A DNA stretch of 16,549 nucleotides from Ginkgo biloba (GCA_024626585.2 JANKJI020000004.1:87471018-87487566), one strand, 5' to 3'. Positions 1 through 10,132 are shown, counted from the stretch's first letter. Numbers and translations are program-made. Notes: generated from the sequence alone by a model not told the origin.

Positions 1-638
1 ACACAACACATTAACATTTTTTTCATCTCATATAGAATAATTTTTAATTTTTAATATGAATTCAACACCTATAATAACACAAAAACAATCATATCACCAC
101 CTCCAAATTAGTTAATAAAAAAAAATTATTTTAAAACACTTTTTAAAATAATAAAGAATATAAATTAAATTATTAAAAACAAAAAAGCACTCACAAGGTA
201 AAAGCAAAACAACTAATTAATTAAACAGATGTTGCTATAGAAATTAGTTGTCTACGGCAGTTTTGGCAAGCGCGACTTTATTATGATCTGCCCAATCCCA
301 ACGTATATACAAAGGATCGGCAATCAAGCATGGTTTGCAGTGGAATTTCAAGACATCTGTGCAGCTTTTCATGAACGTTTACGAAATGATACACGCAATT
401 TTTACAATAAAAGGATGAAATTTCAATTAGTAGTGCAGATGGATTCTCTCATAATAAACATACTGAGAAGGACAGAAAAAAATTGATGGCTGCAAATGCC
501 CGTCAATATAATATTATCAGTAGCTTGTATTCTTTTTCCTGAATCTATAGCCGATGGGAGTAAGTGAACTGTGAAGTAAATTCAATGTTGATAAAGTCTT
601 GAACATATTTTGAAAAATTTACGCATGTGCAGAGCTTA

Positions 639-1196
639 ATGCATATCACTAGAATATGTCCATGTCTGCCAGGCTTATGCAAAACAACAAAACCAACAAA
701 GCCACTTTCTTCTCCCACCATTACAACAGTTAGTGCTACTCGCGAAGGAAAACCCACACAAAAATTAAATGGAAAATCACAAGCCAATAACAGCCCGCAT
801 GCCATCACTGCGCGTTTTAATGCTCTGGACGTGAAATCTCTTAGAGAAGGCAGGCAAACCCATGCCCATATACTCATAACTGGACTCCACCAAGACGTTT
901 TTTTGGTGACAAAACTTTTGAGCATGTATTCCAAGTGCGGATGTCTAGTTGATGCACGCCTGGTTTTTGACAGTATACAAAAACCAGACGTGTTTTCGTG
1001 GAATGTGATGATCAGAGGATACGTTATGCACGGACAATGGGAGGAAGCCCTTAAGCTGTATTACAAGATGCAACGGACAGACGTGCAGCCGAACAACTTT
1101 ACCTTTCCTTTCGTTCTCAAGGCTTGTGCTATCTTGTCAGATCTGCAAAAGGGTAAAGACATCCATAAATCCCATAAGCCCCTTCGAATGAATTAG
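639..1196 (+). pseudogene. Truncated PLS-class pentatricopeptide repeat (PPR) protein ORF (about 3 motifs); pseudogene or gene fragment
   Basis: The translation contains typical PLS-PPR motifs: SLREGRQTHAHILITGLHQDVFLVTKLLSMYSKCGCLVDARLVFDSIQKPDVFSWNVMIRGYVMHGQWEEALKLYYKMQRTDVQPNNFTFPFVLKACAILSDLQKGKDIH. Similarity stops abruptly after KDIH (about 1166) and TAG follows at 1194-1196, with no E/DYW domain. The first in-frame ATG is at 639 (the ORF track starts at GTG 627). The N-terminus is Ser/Thr/Lys-rich and could be a transit peptide. Confidence 0.85.
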
Positions 1197-1834
1197 TTGA
1201 AGTCGTGTAAGTGGTGACCGCAAACATATTTTTTGATTATATATTTTCCATATAGATCATTCACATATATCTATTATTGACTTGATTTGACTAAGTTTTT
1301 AGCTTTTATGACTCTATGGTCCAATGTGTGAGGCATTAGTCTTTACATAGAGATATATTCTTTTGTTGGCTGAATTATCCTCTTCTCCATAGAGCCAATG
1401 TTGACTCATCATTGTTTTTTATAATTTTTATGGATTTCATTTATGTAATTTATGAAATTTTATGGATTTTATTTATGATGAGAGCATAAGGCAAAGGCGC
1501 TTGTTCCACATATCCTAATATTTTTATTGTGCATGTGCTTCTTTTTTGTAGTCCCTTGAGATTGCTTCTAAATCCTTCAATAGGTTTATCCTCCTTATGT
1601 TGTTTTGCATCCCTTTATCTAGAATTGATAATCATTTCTCTTCCTATTTCCTAATTCCATCTCTTGAAAGGCCTTTGCCCCCTTTAAAGGACAAGCCTAT
1701 GGTCTTATCATTGCCTCATGAAACCAAATAACTTTATTAAGACTCTTTAATTTTTTATTTTGGGTTTTCTTGGAAAATGCTTTCCGTTCTAAAAAATTAT
1801 TTCAATTTTTTTGAAGGAAGGGAAGAAACAAAGA

Positions 1835-1888
1835 TAGAGAGACATCAAGAGGAGGAAAAATAGAGAGATACAATGAGAGGAGGAAAAA
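1835..1888 (+). repeat. Imperfect purine-rich tandem repeat (2 units of 26-28 bp)
   Basis: tagagagacatcaagaggaggaaaaa (1835-1860) is followed by tagagagatacaatgagaggaggaaaaa (1861-1888). Confidence 0.6.
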
Positions 1889-3421
1889 TATGCACAGAGA
1901 GAGGGGGATATGTCAAATAAAGGTGGAGTTAGATCCAGAGTAACATCATTGACCATTTATTTGAATCCCTATTATATAAATATGGTCACCACCTTTATAT
2001 TAAAATTTGAATTTATTGTGGTAATTTAGAGTTCTTATACACCAGATGTGGTTTATTGTGGCCTTTTTGTGAGTAGTATTAGACAGTATGGCATGTTCTC
2101 AACTATGTCATAATCCATCTCATATATTGCTTTCTTAATAGATGGTCTCATAGAGAGACTTTAGTCTCTATATTATCATCATATTCTCAACTTTATCTTC
2201 AATATATATATAATTGCAGACCATAGATCCATAAATTAGTCTAATAATTACTCTACAGTTCTATTCACATCCTTTGGAACTTTACCTCACTATTTTGAGT
2301 GATGCCATGAGCTTAAGATTATGTTTCATGAGTTCTTGATGGAATGAATTAAGTATATTTTTACTTTCATTACATCTTGAGAGTCATTCATAGAGGATTG
2401 CTTTGCAACCGTTTGCAATCTTTCATTTCTAAACTCACAGATTACTTGGCACATCATGCAAACTACATAAAAGAGAGAGCAATTTGTAACTAGAGCCCAT
2501 TTTCTAATATTTTGTTGAAATAATTAAAATGTGATAACTCAGAGCTTGGAGGGTGATCTTATGTCTCTCACTTGATCACATCGAATCACTCAAGGGACTA
2601 AGTACTTTTTTAAAGGTTTTCTTTATCCTTTTATTGTCCTTCTTCCATGCCCGCATTGCCTCTTATTCCTTTTATCATCTACAACCATCTAAATGCCTAT
2701 TTACCTTTTCCATTATCATCCACTATNNNNNNNNNNNNNNNNNNNNNNNNNNNNNNNNAGGTCAAAGGCATAAGTAGGAGTGAGGAGTTTACAAAAGGCG
2801 TGCAAGCGAGATTATCACTCACATTTATGCAACTCACACTTCCTTTCATAATATAATTCAACTCTTTTATTCTTAATTTGTTATTGTATTTAATGTTAAT
2901 TGGTCATCTGCAATTAATTTTCCTTTATTTATTATTTATATTTTTATTCTCATGTTATGTAATATGAATTCAATAAAANNNNNNNNNNNNNNNNNNNNNN
3001 NNNNNNNNNNNNNNNNNNNNNNNNNNNNNNNNNNNNNNNNNNNNNNNNNNNNNNNNNNNNNNNNNNNNNNNNNNNNNNNNNNNNNNNNNNNNNNNNNNNN
3101 NNNNNNNNNNNNNNNNNNNNNNNNNNNNNNNNNNNNNNNNNNNNNNNNNNNNNNNNNNNNNNNNNNNNNNNNNNNNNNNNNNNNNNNNNNNNNNNNNNNN
3201 NTCAATAACAAATAATACAACATATGCCTTTTTTGAAATATTAAACTAGAAACAGAGAAAATATTTTCCACTTGTAAGTTGGAGATTGTCTTATGATCCT
3301 TATTTCAAATATATGGATCAATTGAAGAATATATCAAATTAGGTCATTTTTGTTTAGTATATCCTTTCCTATTCATATTTAGTGATCACCTCTAGGTTTA
3401 TATCTAACTCACCCATTAAGG

Positions 3422-3832
3422 GTGGCAGGAGTGGGAGGGGTTGTGTATAACCTAGATGGAAAAGTGAAAATAAAGTATGCTTGGGGGCCTGGAAACGGCA
3501 TGAACAACCAAGCTGAATTATGGGCTCTTTGGCAGGGACTCAAAATACTCCAGCAAAAAAACATTGACTCAATGAAGATCCTGGGGGACTCTTGCATGGC
3601 AATTCTTCGAGCTAGAAAAGGAGAAGAAGACCCAGAATCTGAGTTTTCTGTAATGAAAGATCAATTAAAGATAATCTCAAAAGGCTTTCAATAGTTAGAG
3701 TACCACCATATACTTCGCCATTTAAATGAAGTTGTGGATAAGTTGGCAAACAAAGGAGTCCACCTCAGTTTAGGGGAGGTGAAAATCATAGAACAAGGAG
3801 AAGAAAGAAAGTACACATCTATACCTCCATGA
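3422..3832 (+). pseudogene. RNase H domain (RNase HI-like/RVT_3 type), C-terminal end of LINE ORF2, one internal stop
   Basis: AGVGGVVYNLDG...YAWGPGNGMNNQAELWALWQGL...ILGDS...FQ*LEYHHILRHLNEVVDKLANKGVHLSLGEVKIIEQGEERKYTSIPP*. The NNxAE, GDS and HxxRxxNxxxDxLA motifs are present. Internal TAG at 3692-3694 and terminal TGA at 3830-3832. Confidence 0.85.
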
Positions 3833-4605
3833 ATTACATTTTCTTCAAGATGATTAAGGTTTCCTTGACAAAAAATAAAGACATCTCAAAGGATGCCAAG
3901 GCTATATGTTATGGCATGGGGCTTTATTTGGAAATTCTTTGGATTTCAGAAAGAAACCTATGCAGCATTCAAAGAAGGGGGCGATCATTGATTTTTAATG
4001 ATTTGAGGGAGTGGTGTCTCACCACCCGAATGAGTGGTACTCATTCTCATGAAGCAGATGCAGAGATTAACCCTGCACTCATACATAGAAGTGGAAAGGC
4101 AAGAAGGCGTAGAAGCGATCCATCATAAAGAACTTGTAACATGGGTTTCCTTTAGTTTTGCTTTGTTGAGGAAGACTGGAGTAAAGAAAATGAGCTTTGG
4201 CATAGTGAAAAGAACCTGCTGGAGCGAAGGAAATGACTCTCAATGGAGGAAGGCAGAGGTCGGGTGCTTAGTTCCAGCGGAGATAACTCTCTCACATTCT
4301 AGACAGAAGAAGCTCAAGACAGACTAATCCATGTCGTCTCTTCTCTTAACAAACAACTAGAAGCAATCCTCACAAAGATGGAATCTTTGAAGAATCAATT
4401 GGAAAAGCAATCTGAATTGCTAGAAAGTATAATTGAAAGTTTAAAGAAGGGAAGCAAAGAAGTTGACAACAACATAAAGAGTCTTTCAAATTTGGACTTG
4501 CTCAGTCAAGGAAACCCTGAGCCGATGGATGTAGATGATAGCGAAGACTGGGAGTCTCTGGTTTTGGACATAAATTTGGGGGAAAATCACTCTAAGTTAC
4601 AGTAG
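3829..4605 (+). pseudogene. Extra ORF downstream of LINE RNase H ('ORF3'), 258 codons, C-terminal coiled coil, 4 internal stops, no frameshift
   Basis: A single frame runs from ATG 3829 to TAG 4603-4605, joining the track ORFs 3829-4128 and 4378-4605. Internal stops TAA 4126, TAG 4153, TGA 4234 and TAG 4300 are each one C>T change from CAA/CAG/CGA. It contains the heptad-like segment QDRLIHVVSSLNKQLEAILTKMESLKNQLEKQSELLESIIESLKK. Confidence 0.6.
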
Positions 4606-5432
4606 TATGGTCCTTCTTTTTATCTATTTTGTAAGTGAATTATCTTCTGTTATTTTCCATCTTGATAACATTATAGAATTTTTAGAATTTTGAACTCTCC
4701 TGAGTATGTCAGGGGTTTTTAGAACATAAACTTAATCTCTATCCCTTATGTATATGTATTTTGTTGGATGCCTCCTCCTTACAGAGNNNNNNNNNNNNNN
4801 NNNNNNNNNNNNNNNNNNNNNNNNNNNNNNNNNNNNNNNNNNNNNNNNNNNNNNNNNNNNNNNNNNNNNNNNNNNNNNNNNNNNNNNNNNNNNNNNNNNN
4901 NNNNNNNNNNNNNNNNNNNNNNNNNNNNNNNNNNNNNNNNNNNNNNNNNNNNNNNNNNNNNNNNNNNNNNNNNNNNNNNNNNNNNNNNNNNNNNNNNNNN
5001 NNNNNNNNNNNNNNNNNNNNNNNNNNNNNNNNNNNNNNNNNNNNNNNNNNNNNNNNNNNNNNNNNNNNNNNNNNNNNNNNNNNNNNNNNNNNNNNNNNNN
5101 NNNNNNNNNNNNNNNNNNNNNNNNNNNNNNNNNNNNNNNNNNNNNNNNNNNNNNNNNNNNNNNNNNNNNNNNNNNNNNNNNNNNNNNNNNNNNNNNNNNN
5201 NNNNNNNNNNNNNNNNNNNNNNNNNNNNNNNNNNNNNNNNNNNNNNNNNNNNNNNNNNNNNNNNNNNNNNNNNNNAAAATAAAGGAGAAAATAGCCAATG
5301 GTATGTATTAAAGCTTAAATGGTAGTGATCCCCATGTAACAAAGGCTGAATCAATATTGCCCCATCAAAGGACAACCTAATGCAAAGGAAAATCTACTTA
5401 GAAATCCCTTTGATCAAGTAATGTAAGCTATC

Positions 5433-5881
5433 CTAAAATATGAATGGGCATCTAAAAATAACCTAAGGAGAGTTGGGGCAGGAGGTTGCATCCTCTTGTT
5501 AACAGAATGTTAGATCCTAATCTATGCAAAAAATCTTAGTTATGCCTCTAATAATGTGGTGGAGTATGAAGCAATGATACAAGGTTTGGAGATGGCCAAG
5601 AATCTAGGCTTGAAGAAGATCCTGGTTATGGAGGACTCAAGTTTATTTATTAACCAGGTCTTAGGGAAGTGGTCCAAAGTGGCATGGTCCTTAGAGGACC
5701 TTTTAGTAAAATCTCAAAATTTGGTGAATTCTTTGGAGTCTGCCACCTTCCTATATATTCTTAGGATATTCAACATGTTGGATGACCACTTGGATAATAA
5801 GGGTGTACATCTAAATGTGGGGGGGAAGATATATTTGATTATTCATAATGATATTTTGAGAAGGGGTTGTTCACCTCATGA
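5433..5881 (+). pseudogene. RNase H domain, decayed
   Basis: LKYEWASKNNLRRVGAGGCIL...*...YAKNLSYASNNVVEYEAMIQGLEMAKNLGLKKILVMEDSSLFINQVLGKW...FLYILRIFNMLDDHLDNKGVHL. These are degenerate DGASKGNPG, NNxAEY, GDS and DxLANKG motifs. NKGVHL is identical to copy 1. Confidence 0.85.
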
Positions 5882-6365
5882 TGGAAGCATCATGTCGAGC
5901 GTAGGTGAGGGGGGCTCTATTTCTTTAGACCAATATATAGAAGCTCTTGCCTTTCTCTCTAGAACTTGTTTAGATCTTGTTGTGGCTAAGTGAAAGTGTT
6001 TGGAAATAGGAAATTATGGATTCTAAGTGCCAAGACAGGGATGAAGGTGTAATGGATCCTATCTAGATGATGCACTCCAAAGTATAAGATACTAGTTCCT
6101 CTTCCTACAATGGCAAGTATAATGTCCACTAGCTGGCCGAAGAGATAACATAAATCATAAATGTTCATTTGGAACACATGGAGATGGATATCATTCAAAT
6201 GAAGGAGAACCAATGTTATTTTGGTGAGGCTCTCTAGGCTCTCATGACTACTAACATTCATGCCATATACATTATGGTATACTTGATATCCAGGGAGAAG
6301 CATTGAGTTAGCCAGTTCAAAATCTTGAAGGGTGCACTAGAGAAGTTGAATAAAAATCTTAGAGC
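5878..6365 (+). pseudogene. Decayed extra ORF ('ORF3') of LINE copy 2; runs into the N gap
   Basis: The frame from ATG 5878 reads MMEASCRA*VRGALFL*TNI*KLLPFSLELV*ILLWLSESVWK*...DTSSSSYNGKYNVH*LAEEIT*IINVHLEHMEMDIIQMKENQ.... It has 11 stops, 8 of them TAG, consistent with CAG>TAG decay. It shares LW[IL]SE and the coil pattern with copy 1. Confidence 0.5.
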
Positions 6366-6783
6366 NNNNNNNNNNNNNNNNNNNNNNNNNNNNNNNNNNG
6401 ACATTAAGAATAGGTTTAGAGTCCCATTTATTAAGAAGCAAATGCCTAGTGTAGTAAGTTTTGTTGGTCTAATTCTATCAGATGGTTGATGCCCTATAAT
6501 TTAGTTTTATAACGTGTTATGGGGTTAACCCAGGCCAACCTACTATGCTATCCTCTTTTCTTTCTCTCTATATGTGTTATGTAGGCTTCTTCTAAATGGG
6601 AATTAGTGGTCCCTTTGGCATTATGTATGTGGTCCTATTTGTGGGGGTCTTAGAAGTGTTTTGTCACTAGACCTTAATATACTAGTCTATCNNNNNNNNN
6701 NNNNNNNNNNNNNNNNNNNNNNNNNNNNNNNNNNNNNNNNNNNNNNNNNNNNNNNNNNNNNNNNNNNNNNNNNNNNNNNNNNN

Positions 6784-6805
6784 AAAAAAAAAAAAAAAAA
6801 AAAAA
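6784..6805 (+). repeat. Poly(A) tract (at least 22 A), probable LINE tail
   Basis: A22 immediately after an N gap, downstream of a T-rich UTR-like region. Confidence 0.7.
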
Positions 6806-7435
6806 GAGAGGCTAAATCAAGATTGGATTTAAGGACCTATGTAAAGTTTCATTAATATTTATCCAAAATAAAAGAAAATGATGGCATTGACCTATTAAAG
6901 GAAATTGGTAAAAAATTAACCCTTATAGTACAAACCTATTCAAGAATGAAAATCATCTTGTAAGGAATATTCTCATACTATGAATACCTATAGAATCTTG
7001 AAGATTATTGGAAGAATAAGAAGAAAATTACGAAATAAGAACAATAATGGTTTGTTTTCTAAATTACACCTATTACCACATCATAATCTATCAAAGTCCT
7101 GATTGTATCCACCTAGTTTATGGTATTAAAATATTTATTTTTGATGATTGTACCTACATCGTGCTTATGTGTATGGAATACTAGGTTATTTTTCAAATGC
7201 ACTAGTACTAAGTATACTAATGAGCATTAAGGATATAAAGGACGTGAACATCAATACCAAATATGATATATTCTATATAAGTGTAAGAAAATATAGCATG
7301 GTAGAAAAAAGATCAAAACATTCTCAAAGTTGATTATTATTTGGACGAACATTCAAAGGTTTAATTATAACATCATCTAGTTTAAGCGAGATTAGAGGAT
7401 TTATAGGATCTTTGTCCTTTATAATTAAAACATTA

Positions 7436-8478
7436 TTGGATCTACCCATATTTATGGTCTTAAATATAGAGAATGACACCTATGCACACACAAATATTTG
7501 TAGTATGATTGTAGTGTAACTGATAATATAGTAGTGAGTGTTTGTCATAACCTTAGGGAGACCAACATATGACTAGTATAGAAAGAAATATACCATAAAA
7601 CATTAATAGAATCATAATGTAGTTGAAATAATAAATAAGGAGGATTATACCTATTAAGAGTCATCACATACTATCTTTAACAAATTGAAGAATCTCTAAC
7701 AAAATAGATATAAATCTATTCATTATTAGAATAAAAATTCAAGATGTTGATTAGTAAGATGCCTTATTTAACATCATAAGAGTAGAAGATTGATTAGTTT
7801 ACACGAGTATTATCTAAGCACAAGTGAAGTAAGGGGATGAAATTCTTATAATAAAGTAATAAAGTACTACAAAAGGGCATCTAAATAGAAATTAATGCTA
7901 GTTGAATGAGGATGAATGTGTACATAATACTATTGAGTTGTTTAAACCTATAAAATAACTACAATAATTAATGACAAGGTTGGCAANNNNNNNNNNNNNN
8001 NNNNNNNNNNNNNNNNNNNNNNNNNNNNNNNNNNNNNNNNNNNNNNNNNNNNNNNNNNNNNNNCCACTATAAGAATATAGTGATTATTGGGAAAGTAAGA
8101 ATCAACTAAGAGAGTACCTTATGTAATAAAAGTTACTAGAAGAGTCATCATAAGAAGAACTCAAGCAATTATTTTCTTATATATAAAATATAGAAGTATA
8201 GTAAAAATGACTATTTGATAGAGAAGAATCATAAACAACCACAAAATTATGATAATAACTACCAGTGTAATGTTACCATTAAAAATATTTAAGGCGATGA
8301 AGGATCGTCCAAAGTCTATAGGACGAAGATACAAATAAAGGCGGGAGACATTCGTATAGTGAAATACTTCAAATGTAATGGTTAAGGACACATGTTTAGA
8401 TATTTTCCATTCTCCATACTAGATTTTAAAGTCTACCAAGTTTATGGGGTGGGATGCCACAAAACTAAGGACTATTTA
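7436..8478 (+). pseudogene. Gag remnant with two degenerate CCHC zinc knuckles
   Basis: Gag-like segments: LDLPIF (7436), FVITLGRPTYD*Y (7541), LKNL*Q and FKMLISKMPY...KID*F. The knuckles keep C-X2-C-X4-H-X4-C spacing: Y-FK-C-NG*G-H-MFRY-F-P (8365-8409) and Y-QV-Y-GVGC-H-KTKD-Y (8434-8475). Most Cys codons are changed to Tyr by G>A. Confidence 0.75.
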
Positions 8479-9040
8479 ATACTCTTAGAGAAAAATCTAT
8501 TAAACTAATATGAGATAAACCTAATCCAAAATAATGATAAGGTAAGGAAATCAATCTGACTATGAGATCCCATTTTCAAGGATTTGCAACCCATCTATAA
8601 TGTTTGAGAAAAAGGAAATTTCTTAAGGGAAAGTTTTTCCTAAAAAAAATTACGCAACATATAAAAATGGAAAGGTAAAAGAAGAATATCTAAATCCTAA
8701 AGTTGAAAAGGATGTCTATAAGAAGGCTAAGGAAGTGATTTAGAAATCAAAGAACAAGGAAAAATCATGGGTTCTAAGACCCCTATAAATTCATCAACCT
8801 ANNNNNNNNNNNNNNNNNNNNNNNNNNNNNNNNNNNNNNNNNNNNNNNNNNNNNNNNNNNNNNNNNNNNNNNNNNNNNNNNNNNNNNNNNNNNNNNNNNN
8901 NNNNNNNNNNNNNNNNNNNNNNNNNNNNNNNNNNNNNNNNNNNNNNNNNNNNNNNNNNNNNNNNNNNNNNNNNNNNNNNNNNNNNNNNNNNNNNNNNNNN
9001 NNNNNNNNNNNNNNNGAAATTGGTGGTGTAGAACATCAAG

Positions 9041-9340
9041 GTAAAGAACATTATGGTTGATATTATATTAGAGGTCAATCTTATCTCTCTAAAAATGCTG
9101 AAGGAATTGGGATGTTTCAAAATGATAAAATGTTGAGATCATCATTAGAAAGTCATATCAGTACCAAGTGGTCCCAAAAGAGTTGTTGAAACTAAAAATT
9201 ACTTGTGAGAGCCTTGAGGTAAAGAAATAATTTGAGCTAATCTACCTAATCTTCTAATTGTGCTATTAGGAAGGTCATGGATTAAAGCCATGAAAGGTTC
9301 TATAAGATTTAAAAAGGACCAAATTAAGTTTAAGTAAGAA
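9041..9340 (+). pseudogene. Retroviral-type aspartic protease remnant
   Basis: VKNIMVDIILEVNLISLKMLKELG is a degenerate D[TS]G active-site context (Asp codon 9059-9061). VLLGRSWIKAMKG (LLGRSW at 9263-9280) matches the LLGRPW C-terminal motif. Confidence 0.75.
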
Positions 9341-9654
9341 AGGACTTGGCTTTATGATCTTTAGATAGATCTAAGGAAGCATTAGAAATTGTAAAGGAGG
9401 ATGAGGTCTACTTTGAGGAAGAGTTATATGATGGTAATTCTAAAATGGAATAAAATATTGAGAACACATATAATTGTATAAAGAAAATATGCGAGCTAGA
9501 TGATGATGGTGTATTAATCCTTGGAAGCATTAACTCAGACATTACTAATTTTGATAACTCAGTAATGGAGTGGGAGAATGAGATGCAAGAGATGCACTAT
9601 TTTGATAATTTTAAAGTTCTACATAAAGAAGACCCAATATTGTTTAATTAGTTA

Positions 9655-9826
9655 AGGGCCAAGATATTCAATGGGTGAGGGGATCCTAAGGAACATTTAA
9701 AGTGGTTCACAATGGTCATCAAATATAAAAACAAGGACTAGAAGGCATATTGGTTTATAACTATATTAAGGGGATAAGCCTTATGGTGCTTTACTACACA
9801 TTTTTATCAATGACAAACATGGAAGA
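9655..9826 (+). pseudogene. Second Gag capsid-like segment, downstream of the protease (left half)
   Basis: KIFNG*GDPKEHLKWFTMVIKYKNKD*KAYWFITILRG*ALWCFTTHFYQ*QTWK matches the F-x-G-x-x-D-P-x-x-H-L ... L-R-G-x-A-L-x-W-F ... T-W pattern of retrotransposon Gag. Confidence 0.6.
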
Positions 9827-10132
9827 TGATGTAACCCAAATCCTAGGTAACCCTTAACTTTTCTCTACTCACAGACTTAAACACTAGCAGAAATACACAT
9901 GCATAACAAGGTTAATAATAACTTATTTTCATTAAAATCCAAATCTTTTGTTATATTACATCACAACCCATTGGCATTTCCACATTATTACACACACATT
10001 CATCCCATAGTCAATGGTTACATCTAACACCCCATACATAGGGTCTATGATTACCCATTATGAGGCTCCCTCCTTGGGGTGTCTCAACAAGCTATACCTA
10101 ACTGCCCCACTCAACTCTTCTATCAATCCTCT

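Larger units (their letters stand above)
3420..4786 (+). mobile_element. 5'-truncated LINE (RNase H-bearing, L1-like) 3' fragment, copy 1; 3' end lost in the N gap
   Basis: Starts abruptly inside RNase H (the DGASKGNPG-type first motif is missing). It continues with the RNase H C-terminus, an extra ORF and a T-rich 3'UTR-like stretch (4606-4786). The layout matches copy 2, which ends in poly(A). No integrase follows the RNase H. Confidence 0.65.
5276..6805 (+). mobile_element. LINE 3' fragment, copy 2 (divergent family, more decayed), ending in poly(A); 5' boundary uncertain because it abuts a gap
   Basis: RNase H (5433-5881), a decayed extra ORF (5878 to at least 6365), a T-rich 3' region and an A22 tail at 6784-6805. 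Confidence 0.65.
7436..9826 (+). mobile_element. Old Ty3/gypsy-type LTR retrotransposon internal region (gag-protease), left part; interrupted at 9826 by a nested element; may extend upstream to about 6806
   Basis: Decayed Gag motifs, two CCHC knuckles and an aspartic protease occur in gag-PR order. The reading frame resumes after the nested element at 16329. The gypsy assignment rests on motif style because RT and integrase are not visible. Confidence 0.75.

Noticed and set aside
283-486. 67-aa ORF upstream of the PPR fragment
   Set aside because: It is short, has no recognisable motif and has no supporting signals.
545-934. 129-aa minus-strand ORF
   Set aside because: It is the antisense shadow of the PPR ORF.
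1897-2374. Possible LTR: purine tract gagagagggggata, then TGTCAAAT (1911) to TTACA (2374), with a 10-bp inverted repeat ataaaggtgg/ccacctttat and a TATA-like run
   Set aside because: There is no partner LTR, no matching TSD (ggata versus tcttg) and no coding remnant upstream. It is suggestive only.
4034-4327. 97-aa ORF as a separate gene or frameshifted part of ORF3
   Set aside because: The frame starting at 3829 continues through this region into the coiled coil with only C>T-type stops, which is the simpler explanation.
4732-5375. Long ORFs in the track spanning N runs (also 2936-3271, 6661-6855, 8767-9120 and 10279-10525)
   Set aside because: They are artefacts of translating assembly gaps.
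3422-5881. RNase H domains as host RNase H genes or as the additional RNase H of Tat/Ogre gypsy elements
   Set aside because: They are decayed and intronless, no integrase follows, copy 1 is 5'-truncated and copy 2 ends in poly(A). These features favour a LINE origin, although RT is not visible to prove it.
6806-7435. A-rich, coding-looking stretch between the poly(A) and gag
   Set aside because: It probably belongs to the 5' part of the gypsy element, but I could not recover any motif, LTR end or PBS.
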